A stretch of DNA of 64,000 nucleotides. Origin: Thermoplasmata archaeon. Its GTDB lineage: Archaea > Thermoplasmatota > Thermoplasmata > Lutacidiplasmatales > UBA184. The notes beneath the pieces are model-generated. The model made no database searches and was not told where the DNA came from. It worked only from the letters and a program-made list of their open reading frames with translations. The position numbers and the translations under genes are program-made. The first letter of the stretch is position 1. Every line of letters begins with the position of its first letter. Below are positions 1 through 9,995 of the stretch, piece after piece. The DNA lies in contig JAKASQ010000001.1 in the NCBI GenBank assembly GCA_021828195.1, positions 169,202 to 233,201 on the forward strand. Reading direction: 5' to 3'.

Positions 1-1145
1 GCCAGGGCGTCGCCACCTTGCTCAAGGCGGCCGGCGTGAGCGTCCTAGTCGGCGGGGCCAAGTTCACCGGCCCGAAGTCCGCGGAGTTCCAGGCGCCCGA
101 CGGCGGCTCCGAGCGGATCGATTTCGACAGCGCGATCGTCGCCACCGGCGCCGTCCCGGTCACGATCCCGGGCTTCGAGACGGACGGGAAGCGGGTCATC
201 AACTCCTGGGAGTTGCTCTCGCTGACCCAGCTGCCGAAGTCCCTCCTCGTCCTGGGGGGAGGAGTCAGTGGCTGCGAGCTCGGCGAGTTCATGGCCCGGG
301 TCGGGGTCTCCGTGACGATCGTCGAGCTGATGCCTCAGATCCTCCCCGGCCTCGACGCCGATCTCGCCCGGGAGCTCTCGAAGACCCTCGAAAAGTGGGG
401 CGTCGGCGTGCGAGTGGCCACCAAGGCCGTCCAGCTCGATCGGTCCGGCCCGGTGCTCGCGCTGACCGTGGAGGGCGCGAGCGGCCGCGAGACCCTGAGC
501 GCCGAGACGTTGTTCGTGACGGTCGGCAAACGGGCCGACAGTGCCCACCTCGGCCTCGACGATGCCGGTGTGCAGTTCGATCCCAAGAACGGGTTCATCG
601 CCGTCAACGATCGGATGCAGACCAACGTTCCCCACATCTACGCGGCCGGCGACGTCTGCCGGCCCCCGATGCTGGCTCACAAGGCCTACCGCGAAGGAAT
701 CGTGGCGGCGGAGGTCATCGCCGGCCGTACGACCCGGTTCGACTTCCAAGCGATCCCGTCGGTCGTCTTCACGACGCCCGAGCTCGCATCGGTCGGCCTG
801 ACGCTCGCCGAGGCCCAGAAGCAAGGACTGTCGGCCCGAGAGGCTCGCTTTCCGTTCGCCGCTCTCGGCCGTGCGCACGCGAACCATGCGACCGACGGCT
901 GGCTCAAGGTCGTCGGGGAGGACTCGACCGGTGCGTTCCTCGGTGGCCACGCCGCCGGCACCGCGGCGGGAGAGTACGCCGCGGAGTTCGCGCTGGCAAT
1001 CGAGATGGGCGCGACGATGCGCGATCTCGCGCAAACGATCCACCCCCACCCCACGTTCGCAGAGTCGATCGCGGAAGCGGCGCTCCTGTGGCTCGGCGAG
1101 CCCATGCACGTCGCCCGGAGAACGAGCGATGCCCGCGCACGTTGA
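1..1145 (+). CDS. lpdA: Dihydrolipoyl dehydrogenase (E3), 5'-partial (continues upstream of window)
   Basis: Translation shows FAD/NAD pyridine-nucleotide-disulfide oxidoreductase dimerisation region (GKRADSAHLGLD, HIYAAGDV, HPHPTFAE); ORF open to window start. Confidence 0.85.
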   Translation, partial: QGVATLLKAAGVSVLVGGAKFTGPKSAEFQAPDGGSERIDFDSAIVATGAVPVTIPGFETDGKRVINSWELLSLTQLPKSLLVLGGGVSGCELGEFMARVGVSVTIVELMPQILPGLDADLARELSKTLEKWGVGVRVATKAVQLDRSGPVLALTVEGASGRETLSAETLFVTVGKRADSAHLGLDDAGVQFDPKNGFIAVNDRMQTNVPHIYAAGDVCRPPMLAHKAYREGIVAAEVIAGRTTRFDFQAIPSVVFTTPELASVGLTLAEAQKQGLSAREARFPFAALGRAHANHATDGWLKVVGEDSTGAFLGGHAAGTAAGEYAAEFALAIEMGATMRDLAQTIHPHPTFAESIAEAALLWLGEPMHVARRTSDARAR

Positions 1146-1794
1146 CTGGGGGCGCCGGGAGTACCCGGCGTCGCTCGAAGCGATGCGTCGGCTGCGCGCG
1201 GAGCGCCGACGTGGGATGATCGGGGACACGCTCATCCTCGTGGAGCATCCGCCCGTGGTCACCGTTGGGGTCGAAGGGGACGACGGCGCGGCGATCACCT
1301 CCGGGCTTCCCGTGATCCGGGTGGAGCGCGGAGGGAAGAGCACCTATCACGGACCCGGCCAGCTCGTGGGGTACCCGATCGTGGACCTTGACGCGCGGGG
1401 CCGCGATGTGCGACGCTTCGTCCACCAGTTGGAGGAGATGCTGGTGAGCAGCGTCGCCGAGTTCGGAATCGTCGCCGGCCACGTATCCGGGCGGCGTGGC
1501 GTGTGGGTCGAGGGGGAGCGGAAGATCGCCTCCATCGGCATCGCCGTGGAGCAGTGGGTCACGTTCCACGGGTTCGCTCTGAACGTCGATGTCGACCTCG
1601 CGCCGTTCTCGATGTTCCATCCCTGTGGCTTCGACGGTCGCATCATGACCTCGATCGCGGAGGAGACCGGCCGGCCCGTGAGCATCGAGGAGGCGAAGGG
1701 ACCGGTCCTGCGGGCTTGGGCGGCCACCTTCGGGGTGGGAGGGATGCGGGCGCAGTCGGCTGCCGTGCCCTCGGCGGGTGCCCCAGCCGTATGA
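1129..1794 (+). CDS. lipB: Lipoyl(octanoyl) transferase LipB
   Basis: MPAHVDWGRREY...LILVEHPPVVTVG...HGPGQLVGYPI...KIASIGIAVEQWVTFHGFALNV typical LipB; start overlaps lpdA stop by 17 nt. Confidence 0.8.
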   Translation: MPAHVDWGRREYPASLEAMRRLRAERRRGMIGDTLILVEHPPVVTVGVEGDDGAAITSGLPVIRVERGGKSTYHGPGQLVGYPIVDLDARGRDVRRFVHQLEEMLVSSVAEFGIVAGHVSGRRGVWVEGERKIASIGIAVEQWVTFHGFALNVDVDLAPFSMFHPCGFDGRIMTSIAEETGRPVSIEEAKGPVLRAWAATFGVGGMRAQSAAVPSAGAPAV

Positions 1795-2708
1795 CCGCCC
1801 CGGACGGACGGCCGCTCCTCCTCCTCGTGGGAGGCGGAGGAGGATTGGTCGGACGCTCGGTGCTCGCCGAGTTCAAGACGGACTGGGCGATCCGCTCCGT
1901 TCACCGTCACCCGAGCCCGGAGGAGCAGCGCGGGGGTGTGGAGTGGATCGCTCAGGATGCCGGAGGGCTCGCGAACTGGGATCCGCTCCTGAAGGACGTC
2001 GATCTCGTCGTCACCCTGGCGTGGTACCGCCCCGGCCACGACCGTCGATTCGCGCCGCTCACTCAGGGATTGCTGCGGCTCTTGGAGGCCGCGAGCCGCT
2101 GCGCGATTCCGCGATTCGCCCACCTCAGCGTTCCGGACGCGCCCGCTCGCCTCGAGCAGGACCTGCCCTACCTTTCCCTGCGCCGACGCTTCGATCACGC
2201 GCTCGAACGGAGCGGGATCTCCCATGTGATCGTGCGGCCAACGATGCTCTTCGGCACCGGCGACCGCCTCCTGACGGTGATGCTTCGCCAGATGCGGCGC
2301 TACCGCTTCTTCCCGCTCTTCGGGGACGGCGAGTACCACGTCAGCCCGCTGGCCGTGCGCGACGTGGCCCGCATCCTGGCAACGGAGGTCGCCCGCCCGG
2401 GGAGCCGCAACGTCCTCGCGGGCGGACCCCGCCGTTGGCGGTACCGGGACCTCACGGACCGCATGTTCGAGGCGCTCGGCCAGCGACCCCGATACTGGCA
2501 CCTGTCCCCTCGGAACTCCGTGCGGCTCGCATCAGCGATCGAATGGCTCGGTTCCTCGCTGATCTACCGGTACGAGGTCGAGTGGCTGCTCTCCGACATG
2601 CTCGGCCTGCCTCCGTACGCGGGGCTCGATCCGCCCCTCGCCGATGTCGAGCCGTTCATCGTGGCCGAAGGAGCCCGCAGGCGCGCTCGCGGAGCACCCG
2701 CCGCCTAG
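1791..2708 (+). CDS. NAD(P)-binding Rossmann-fold protein, epimerase/dehydratase / NmrA-like family
   Basis: N-terminal LLLLVGGGGGLVGRSV glycine-rich dinucleotide motif; ATGA overlap with lipB stop; family assignment by general fold signature only. Confidence 0.55.
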   Translation: MTAPDGRPLLLLVGGGGGLVGRSVLAEFKTDWAIRSVHRHPSPEEQRGGVEWIAQDAGGLANWDPLLKDVDLVVTLAWYRPGHDRRFAPLTQGLLRLLEAASRCAIPRFAHLSVPDAPARLEQDLPYLSLRRRFDHALERSGISHVIVRPTMLFGTGDRLLTVMLRQMRRYRFFPLFGDGEYHVSPLAVRDVARILATEVARPGSRNVLAGGPRRWRYRDLTDRMFEALGQRPRYWHLSPRNSVRLASAIEWLGSSLIYRYEVEWLLSDMLGLPPYAGLDPPLADVEPFIVAEGARRRARGAPAA

Positions 2709-3000
2709 CGCGGCCGGTCGATCCCGTCCTACGCTCCCCCGGGAGTGCGGGGTCATGTCGGCACCGGCACGCGTGAGCGAGAGCGGCACGATCCTCGACG
2801 TAGAGAACGCACTCGCCGATCGAGAAGGCGAGCGGGGGATCCGGCTCGATGGAACGCGGCTCGTCCGCCGGCGCATGCGCGGACGGAGCGAGGAGGGGAA
2901 GCGCGCCCACTCCGATCGCTCGGTCCGGCGCACCAAGGCCTAGGTTCCGGCCCGGAAGTCCGGGTCGCTCTCCGGCTCGATCCCCCGGGGTGGGCGAATC

Positions 3001-3747
3001 CTACGCCATGCCCGGGGCGAAGATGTTCAGGAAGTAGCCCGCGAGGAAGCCCGCCCCGCCGGCTCCCAGGCCGATCAGCAGCATCCGAACCCCGCTCTCC
3101 CACACCGATCCGACGGTCGTGCGCGCCTCGTACCAGCCCACGAGGAAGAGCACGGCCGCGCTCAGCCCGATCGCGATGATCCCGGCGTCCAGGATCGACA
3201 GGTCGATCCCGAAGAGGAACGGGAGGAGGGGGATGATCGAGCCGACGAGGGTGGCGAGGAAGACCACGGACGCGCTGCGGCCGGGCTGGCTCGCTTGGAC
3301 CGGCGAGATGTGGAGCTCGAAGGCCATCATGAGATCGAGCATCATCTTCGGCTTCGCGATGATCTGGTCGAGCATCGACTCGACCTCGTCGCCGTGAAAG
3401 TCCCACTCGCGGAGGATCTCCCGGATCTCCTGCTTCTCCATGGCGGGGACGTGTTCCATCTCCCAGATCTCGCGTTGGCGCTCGGCGAGGTAGAGCTGGC
3501 GGCGTGCGCGCGTGGACGTGTACGCGACGGCGCCCATCGAGACCGATTCGGCCGCCAGCGCGGCCGCCGCCGCGACGATGATGATGAACCGGCCCTGACC
3601 GGTGGCGGCGAGCCCTAGAACGATCCCGAGGACATTGACGAGCCCATCTTGGCTTCCCAGGATGAAATCGGAGAGGAAGCCCGGCTCGGCGTGGGTCTCG
3701 CGAACCGGACTCCCCGGTGAGGTCGATGCCATCGAGCGCCGGAGCAC
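3001..3747 (-). CDS. VIT1/CCC1-family iron/manganese transporter
   Basis: Acidic helical N-domain (EIREILREWDFHGDEVE) followed by glycine-rich TM helices; architecture of VIT1/DUF125 proteins. Confidence 0.65.
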   Translation of the reverse strand: MLRRSMASTSPGSPVRETHAEPGFLSDFILGSQDGLVNVLGIVLGLAATGQGRFIIIVAAAAALAAESVSMGAVAYTSTRARRQLYLAERQREIWEMEHVPAMEKQEIREILREWDFHGDEVESMLDQIIAKPKMMLDLMMAFELHISPVQASQPGRSASVVFLATLVGSIIPLLPFLFGIDLSILDAGIIAIGLSAAVLFLVGWYEARTTVGSVWESGVRMLLIGLGAGGAGFLAGYFLNIFAPGMA

Positions 3748-3772
3748 CCGCGGTGGTTAAGGGATTGGCGCT

Positions 3773-4786
3773 TCAGGGCCGGGCGGGAGCCACCGAACGG
3801 GCCCGGTGCTGGAGGAGGAACCGAGAGAGCCCCCCCGGCCGCATGACCCCGACCGGGGTGACGAACCCCGTGACGTACTTCGCCGGAGTGATGTCGAAGG
3901 CCGGATTGCGGGCATGGCTCTTCTTCGGAGCGATCCGCTGCGTCCCGAGATCGAGCACCTCGGCTTCGTCCCGTTCCTCCACGGGGATCGTCGTACCGTC
4001 CTTCCGGGCCACGTCGAACGTGCTCCACGGCGCCGCGACGTAGAAGGGCACGCCGTTCTCGTGGGCGAGGACGGCCTTCTCGTACGTCCCGATCTTGTTC
4101 GCGAAGTCGCCGTTGCGCGCGATCCGGTCGGCACCGACGATGACCGCGTCGACGTCCCCGTTGCGCAGGTAGTAGCCCGCGGCATTGTCCGCGATGATCG
4201 CGTGGGGAATCTTCTCCTGGTCGAGCTCCCAAGCGGTGAGGCGAGAACCCTGCAGGAGCGGACGGGTCTCGTCCACCCAGACGAAGAGACGCACCCCCCG
4301 GTCGTGGGCGACGCGGATCGGCGCGAGGGCCGTGCCCCACTCCACGGTAGCGAGCGCTCCGGCGTTGCAGTGCGTGAGCACCTTGTTGGCCTGGCGGAAG
4401 AGCGGAGCCCCCGCCTCGCCGATCTTCCGGCATTCGCCGACGACCCGGGCGCAGTACGCGAGCGCGGCGGCCTCCGGGTCGTCGCCGCGGGCCCAGGCGC
4501 TTCGCACGACCTCGATTCCGACGAAGAGGTCGTAGGCCGTCGGTCGGGTCGCGCGCAGGAGCACCGCCGCCCGCGTGGGCGTCATCCCGCGTTGCCGCGA
4601 GGCGAGCGCCATCCCGTACGCCGCCGCCACGCCGATGGCCGGCGCTCCGCGGACCACCATCGTTCGGATCGCCTCCGCGGTGCCCTGGACCGTCCGCAGA
4701 TGACGAACGATGAGGTGGCCGGGCAGCCGGTGCTGATCGATGAGGTGGAGCGTGTGACGATCGTACCAAAGGGCGCGTACGGTCAT
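3773..4786 (-). CDS. eIF-2B alpha/beta/delta-family isomerase (methylthioribose-1-P or ribose-1,5-bisP isomerase)
   Basis: MTVRALWYDR...IDQ..LP...VRGAPAIGVAAAYG...THCNAGALAT...GADRIARNGD motifs of MtnA/aIF2B family. Confidence 0.75.
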   Translation of the reverse strand: MTVRALWYDRHTLHLIDQHRLPGHLIVRHLRTVQGTAEAIRTMVVRGAPAIGVAAAYGMALASRQRGMTPTRAAVLLRATRPTAYDLFVGIEVVRSAWARGDDPEAAALAYCARVVGECRKIGEAGAPLFRQANKVLTHCNAGALATVEWGTALAPIRVAHDRGVRLFVWVDETRPLLQGSRLTAWELDQEKIPHAIIADNAAGYYLRNGDVDAVIVGADRIARNGDFANKIGTYEKAVLAHENGVPFYVAAPWSTFDVARKDGTTIPVEERDEAEVLDLGTQRIAPKKSHARNPAFDITPAKYVTGFVTPVGVMRPGGLSRFLLQHRARSVAPARP

Positions 4787-4790
4787 CGAT

Positions 4791-5813
4791 TCACGCCTCG
4801 AAGGTGTGCAGGAGGTCGATCCACTCCGGGGGAACGAGCTTCGAGGTCCCCACGGCCTCCGCGAGAGGGATGCCGGTCACGTGGGCGCCTCGGAGGACGG
4901 CGACCTCACCGAACCGGCCGGTGAGCGCGAGGTCGACCGCCGCGGCCCCGAGGCGGGTCGCGAGGATTCGGTCGAAGAGCGTGGGCGCACCTCCGCGCTG
5001 GATGTGCCCGATCTGGGCGCTCCGCGCTTCGATGCCGGTCCTCTGCTCGATGCGGCGCGCGAGCTCCGCTCCCACCCCGCGCTCGCGCAGGAGCTCGTGG
5101 CCGAACTCGTCCTTTCCGCCGGTCGATCCGGCCTTCGAGCCGAGGTCGATCCCTTCGCTCACGACGACGAGGGCGTAGCCCCGTGCGTCGCACCCGGCGC
5201 GCACGTGGTCAAGGAGCCGCTCTTCACGATACGGTTCTTCCGGCAGCAACGTGACGTCGGCGCCGCCCGCGAGCCCGGTGGCGAGCGCGACCCACCCGGC
5301 GTTCCGCCCCATGACCTCGAGCACGATCACGCGATGGTGGCTCCCCGCGGTGTCGCGCAGCCGCTCGAGGGCGTCGACCGCGACCGAGGACGCCGAATCG
5401 AAGCCGAACGTCCAATCGGTCCCCGCGACGTCGTTGTCCATCGTTTTCGGTACGCCGATCACACGCCTCCCGTACGCGTGCAACGCCTTCGCGGCCCGGA
5501 GCGTATCGTCCCCGCCGATCGCGATCAGGACGTCGATACCGTTCGCTCTCAGGGTTTCCAGAACGGCGCGCGTGCTGGCCTCCTGGGAGAACGGATTCGT
5601 GCGAGAGCTTCCAAGGATCGTGCCGCCGCGGCCGACGATCAACGCCACGTCGGCCGGGAGGAGCGGGCGCGCGAGGTTGTCGCGCACCCCCTTCCAGCCA
5701 TCTAGGAATCCGAGGGTCGAGTGTCCGCGCTGCGCAGAGCGCAGGACGATCGCGCGGATCGCCGCGTTGAGCCCGGGGCAGTCGCCGCCCCCCGTGAGGA
5801 CACCGAACTTCAC
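4791..5813 (-). CDS. pfkA: 6-phosphofructokinase (PfkA family)
   Basis: GVKFGVLTGGGDCPGLNAAIRAIV, MGRNAGWVALA motifs; ORF extends to 5990 but upstream 59 aa are Arg/Gly-rich. Putative GTG start gives GTGA overlap with stop of upstream M24 peptidase. Confidence 0.7.
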   Translation of the reverse strand: MKFGVLTGGGDCPGLNAAIRAIVLRSAQRGHSTLGFLDGWKGVRDNLARPLLPADVALIVGRGGTILGSSRTNPFSQEASTRAVLETLRANGIDVLIAIGGDDTLRAAKALHAYGRRVIGVPKTMDNDVAGTDWTFGFDSASSVAVDALERLRDTAGSHHRVIVLEVMGRNAGWVALATGLAGGADVTLLPEEPYREERLLDHVRAGCDARGYALVVVSEGIDLGSKAGSTGGKDEFGHELLRERGVGAELARRIEQRTGIEARSAQIGHIQRGGAPTLFDRILATRLGAAAVDLALTGRFGEVAVLRGAHVTGIPLAEAVGTSKLVPPEWIDLLHTFEA

Positions 5814-6919
5814 GCCGAGACCTCGAGGTATCCCCGTGGAGCGGTGGTGAGGAAACGGTAGCCGTCCTTCGTGACCACTACGTCGTCCTCGATGCGGACG
5901 CCGCCGTGCCCGGAGAGGTAGATCCCCGGCTCGATGGTGATGGCCATCCCTTCCTCGATCGGTTCCTCGACCAGCTGGTTCATGCCCCATCCGTCGTGGA
6001 CGTTGAGACCGATGGAGTGGCCGAGCCCGTGCATGAACTTGCCCTTGTACGGAGAGGCATCGATGACCTTCGCCGCCGCGTTGTGGACGTCCTTTCCCGG
6101 CACGCCCGGTCGGAGCACGGCGAGCGCGGCCTGCTGCGCCTCCTCGACGAGCTCGTGGACCCTCTTCATCTCGTCATCGCGCTTTCCGAAGTGAAAGGAG
6201 CGCGTAATGTCGCTCGCGTACCGACGGTAGAACGCGCCGAAGTCGCAGACCATCGAGTCGCCGCTCTGGAGTTTGCGATCGCCGGCGAAGTAATGGGGCT
6301 CCGCGCCGTTCGGCCCGAAGCCGACGATCGTCGAGAAGGATGGGCCGCTCGCTCCGTGCTTCATCATGCGGTAGTTCATCTCGGTCGCTAGCGCGAGCTC
6401 GGTCATGTTCTCCTCGAGCATCCCCGGGATTTCGCGAGCGACGACGGAGCCGATGTCGGCGGCCTTCTGAAGGCGCCCGAGCTCCTCGGCGTCCTTCGTG
6501 ACCCTCGCGCGCTTGATCGCGCGGCTCGCGTCGACCCATCGAACCGACGGGAACATCTCTTCGAACCTCAGGAACTGCTGGTGGGTCAGCTCCTGGTAGT
6601 TCATGCCCACCGACGCCTTCGAGTCGAGCAACTTGTGGAGCGTCGCGTCGCTCTCCTCGCGGGAGGTCGGCACGTGCACCGTCAGGTGCCGGTCGGTCTT
6701 GGCCGCTAGGTGGGCGCTCGTGGCCTCGAGCGGCGAGCTCAGGACGTCGAGGTTCCCATCCGGGTACGCGACCGCGACCGAGCCCTCGAACAGCCCGCTT
6801 GGAACGTCGAACAGATAGAAGAAACTGCCATCGAGGTGGGGATCCACCGAGTTCGCCAGCAACAGGGCCTCCGGCTTCGGATCGAGATGCCCGAACACCT
6901 TCTCCACGCGCGCTTTCAT
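5810..6919 (-). CDS. Xaa-Pro aminopeptidase/dipeptidase (peptidase M24B)
   Basis: HGLGHSIGLNVHDGW and EPGIYL motifs (metal ligands of the pita-bread fold); start placed at MKARVEKV. Confidence 0.8.
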   Translation of the reverse strand: MKARVEKVFGHLDPKPEALLLANSVDPHLDGSFFYLFDVPSGLFEGSVAVAYPDGNLDVLSSPLEATSAHLAAKTDRHLTVHVPTSREESDATLHKLLDSKASVGMNYQELTHQQFLRFEEMFPSVRWVDASRAIKRARVTKDAEELGRLQKAADIGSVVAREIPGMLEENMTELALATEMNYRMMKHGASGPSFSTIVGFGPNGAEPHYFAGDRKLQSGDSMVCDFGAFYRRYASDITRSFHFGKRDDEMKRVHELVEEAQQAALAVLRPGVPGKDVHNAAAKVIDASPYKGKFMHGLGHSIGLNVHDGWGMNQLVEEPIEEGMAITIEPGIYLSGHGGVRIEDDVVVTKDGYRFLTTAPRGYLEVSA

Positions 6920-6984
6920 CGCCGGACCCACGGAGCTTGCCCGCTTGAAGCTTATTGGCCCCGTCGGGCCGTACGGGGAAGGCG

Positions 6985-8490
6985 CTACGGCGGTGCGGGC
7001 GTCGTCGCGGGCCGTCCCGCGGGCGCCGAGGGGACCGGGACCGTGCGCAGGTCTTTCCATGAGAGCTGGAGCTCGCGGGCGGCGCGCACCTCGTCCACGC
7101 GCCCGACGGAGAGGTTCTTCGGAGCCTCCCGCAGGTGCTGCGGGGTGTCGTGGATCGCGCGGTCGAACGCCTCCACGAACGCGTCGAGCTCGCGTCGGCT
7201 CTCTGTTTCCGGGAACTCGATCATGAGCGACTCCTCCACGAGCGAAGGGAAGTAAACGGTCGGGGCGTGTACGCCCTCGTCGAGCAGGCGCTTGGCGAGA
7301 TCGAGCGTCCGGACGCCTTCCTCCTTCAGCCGAGCACCGGAGAGGACGAACTCATGCTTGACGAGCTTGCCGAACGGTCGCGGGAGGAACTTCCCGAGCC
7401 GGTCGGCGAGGTAGTTCGAATTGAGGACCGCGCGTCGGGAGACGTGGGCGAGGCCCTCTTCGCCGTGGGAGAGGATGTAGACGTACGCGCGCAGGTCGAG
7501 GCCGAAGTTGCCGTAGCCGGTCTTGATCTTGCCGATCGATTTCGGCCGTTGGTAATCGAGGTAGTACCGGCGCTTGTCCTTGGCCACCCGGGGGACGGGA
7601 AGGTACGGAGCAAGCTCCTCCCCGGCGCCGAGGGCGCCGGCCCCGGGACCCCCGCCACCGTGGGGAGTGGCGAACGTCTTGTGCAGGTTCAGGTGCGCGA
7701 CATCGAACCCCATTCTTCCTGGGGACGAGACGCCCATGATCGCGTTGAGGTTCGCTCCGTCGTAGTAGAGCATCGCGCCCGCCTCGTGGACCGTGCGCGC
7801 GATCAACATGATGTCGGACTCGAACAGCCCGGCGGTGTTGGGGTTCGTGAGCATGAAGCACGCGGTCCTCTCCGAGATGGCCTCCTTGAGCCTCCCAAGG
7901 TCGACGCACCCGTTCTTCGACGGGATCTCGCGGGTGGTGAAGCCGGCCATCGCGGCCGAAGCGGGGTTGGTGCCGTGCGCCGTGTCGGGGAGGAGGACCT
8001 CCGTGCGCTGCCCGAGCTTCCCCTGGTCCTGGAAGTAGGCACGCACCATGAGCAGGGCCGCATACTCCCCGTGGGCCCCGGCCGCCGGCTGGAGGGACAC
8101 TTCGCGCAGCCCGGTGACCTTCGCGAGGAGCTTCTCCAGGCGATAGATGAGCTCGAGCGAACCCTGGACGGTGTTCTCGGGCTGGTACGGGTGGACATCG
8201 GCGGCGCCGGGCCGGCGGGCGAGCATCTCGGAGACCTTCGGATTGTACTTCATCGTGCACGAGCCGAGCGGATACGCCGAGGTCTCGATCCCGAAGTTCA
8301 TCTGGGAGAGCCGAGTGTAGTGACGTGCGATCTCGGGCTCGCTGAGCTCGGGCCATCGGAGGGCCGTCTGGCGCCGCCATCGGTCCGGCACTCCGGGGAG
8401 GGCGATCGCCGGGCCGTTCGTGGTCGCCGTCTTCGGCGGAGCGAGCTCCCACAGTGGGGGTTCGTCCCATCGCGCCTGGCGGAATGTCAT
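6985..8490 (-). CDS. gcvPB: Glycine dehydrogenase (decarboxylating) subunit 2
   Basis: Typical GcvPB N-terminus (MTFRQARWDEP...), PLP-fold; immediately downstream of gcvPA with 4-nt overlap. Confidence 0.9.
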   Translation of the reverse strand: MTFRQARWDEPPLWELAPPKTATTNGPAIALPGVPDRWRRQTALRWPELSEPEIARHYTRLSQMNFGIETSAYPLGSCTMKYNPKVSEMLARRPGAADVHPYQPENTVQGSLELIYRLEKLLAKVTGLREVSLQPAAGAHGEYAALLMVRAYFQDQGKLGQRTEVLLPDTAHGTNPASAAMAGFTTREIPSKNGCVDLGRLKEAISERTACFMLTNPNTAGLFESDIMLIARTVHEAGAMLYYDGANLNAIMGVSSPGRMGFDVAHLNLHKTFATPHGGGGPGAGALGAGEELAPYLPVPRVAKDKRRYYLDYQRPKSIGKIKTGYGNFGLDLRAYVYILSHGEEGLAHVSRRAVLNSNYLADRLGKFLPRPFGKLVKHEFVLSGARLKEEGVRTLDLAKRLLDEGVHAPTVYFPSLVEESLMIEFPETESRRELDAFVEAFDRAIHDTPQHLREAPKNLSVGRVDEVRAARELQLSWKDLRTVPVPSAPAGRPATTPAPP

Positions 8491-9896
8491 GGACCCCCCG
8501 CGGGACCGGGCGCGAGCGTCTCACGCACCGCCCTCACGTACTTGCGGATGTCCGCGGTGTCCGCGGCTTGGCTCGGAGCCACATGGACGAGCTCGGGCCC
8601 GGACTTCACGGCGCGGAGAGGATCGGAGAGGGAGTGGCCGGCCAGGACGCCCTTCGCGAGCATGCGGTCCAGGAATCCCACAGCGTTCCCGTGGGCGAGC
8701 TCCATCGTGAACTCGCCAAGGAATGGGGCGGTGAATCGAGGGACCTTGAGGCCCTCGAGGCCATGGAGGGCCGTCGCGAGCGCATGCGCCTTCTCCGCGA
8801 GTTCGGCCTGGAGCCGGGCGAGCCGCGTGGGTCCGACGCTCGAGGCGTACAGAACGAACGCGAGCGCGACGAGCGACTGGTTGGTGCAGATGTTGGACGT
8901 GGCTCGCGAACGGCGGATGTGCTGCTCGCGGGTCTGGAGGGTCAGGGTGTACGCACGCCGACCGTTCACGTCCTGCGTCGCCCCCACGAGACGGCCGGGC
9001 AGGAAGCGCACGTGCTCGCGCCGGCAGGCCATCAGGCCGAGGAGGGGCCCACCGAAGCTGGGAGGCATCCCGAATCCCTGGCCCTCCCCGACGACGATGT
9101 CGGCCCCGTACTCGCCCGGCGGCTGGAGCACGGTCAGTGCGAGCGGGTCGGCGCTCACCACGAGCGGGACGGTCCCGATGGCCGATTTGAGGTCGAGAAC
9201 GCGCTCATCCACGAGTCCGAAGCCGTTGGGAACATCCGCGAGCACCCCGAAGACGTCCCCCCGGCGCACCTCGCGGTCGATCCACTCCCCATCGAGCGTC
9301 CCGGTCACTGGGTCGAACGGGATCTCCGCGACCTTCAGGCCGAGCCCGACTCCGTAGTTCCCGAGGACGCTCTTCTCCTCCCAAGGCAGGCTCGCCGGAA
9401 CGAGGAAGCGATCTCCGGGGTGGATGCGTCGGCATAGGAGCATCGCCTCGCCGGCGGCCGTGGCGCCGTCGTACAGCGAGGCGTTCGCAACATCGAGGCC
9501 GGAGAGCTCGACCCACAGGCTCTGGAACTCGAAGAGGGCTTGGAGCATTCCCTGGCTCGCTTCGGGCTGGTACGGCGTGTACGAGGTCAGGAACTCGCTC
9601 CGTGAGATCAGCGCGTCGACGACGGCGGGGAGGTAGCGCGAGGAGATCCGGCCCCCGAGGAAGTTCGAGAAGCGGGAGGCCGGCTTGTTGCGCGCGAGGA
9701 TCTTGTCCACGTCGGCGACCACTTCCGGTTCCGTGCGACCCGGTCCGATGCCCATGCGGCCGACCCGGACCCCCTTCGGAATGTCGGCGAACAGCGCATC
9801 GAACGATGGGAGCCCGAGCGAGCGGAGCATCTCCGCCTCCTCCGCCGGGCTGTCCGGAATCCACCGCGACACGAGGCTCTCCCGGACCGGTCGCAA
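8487..9896 (-). CDS. gcvPA: Glycine dehydrogenase (decarboxylating) subunit 1
   Basis: YIP-type start (SRWIPDSP), SYTPYQPEASQG motif. Confidence 0.9.
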   Translation of the reverse strand: MRPVRESLVSRWIPDSPAEEAEMLRSLGLPSFDALFADIPKGVRVGRMGIGPGRTEPEVVADVDKILARNKPASRFSNFLGGRISSRYLPAVVDALISRSEFLTSYTPYQPEASQGMLQALFEFQSLWVELSGLDVANASLYDGATAAGEAMLLCRRIHPGDRFLVPASLPWEEKSVLGNYGVGLGLKVAEIPFDPVTGTLDGEWIDREVRRGDVFGVLADVPNGFGLVDERVLDLKSAIGTVPLVVSADPLALTVLQPPGEYGADIVVGEGQGFGMPPSFGGPLLGLMACRREHVRFLPGRLVGATQDVNGRRAYTLTLQTREQHIRRSRATSNICTNQSLVALAFVLYASSVGPTRLARLQAELAEKAHALATALHGLEGLKVPRFTAPFLGEFTMELAHGNAVGFLDRMLAKGVLAGHSLSDPLRAVKSGPELVHVAPSQAADTADIRKYVRAVRETLAPGPAGGP

Positions 9897-9995
9897 GTGG
9901 CTCTCGGATTAAAGCGGTTGGTGTCGGGATTCGCGCCGGCCCGCTCGATAGGACAAGCCTATGCGCCCGGTCCGGTGACACGCGGAGAGGAACCC

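Noticed and set aside
45-1343. 432-aa minus-strand ORF antisense to lpdA/lipB (Arg/Pro/Gly-rich)
   Set aside because: Composition typical of out-of-frame translation in high-GC DNA; overlaps well-supported genes
2644-2943. 99-aa plus-strand ORF between the epimerase-like gene and VIT1 gene (possible 62-aa product from MSAPARVSES...)
   Set aside because: No recognisable features and Arg-rich; could be real but unsupported
3615-4769. 384-aa minus-strand ORF and 3806..4924 plus-strand ORF overlapping the MtnA-family gene
   Set aside because: Arg/Gly/Pro-dominated, no motifs; alternative frames of a real gene
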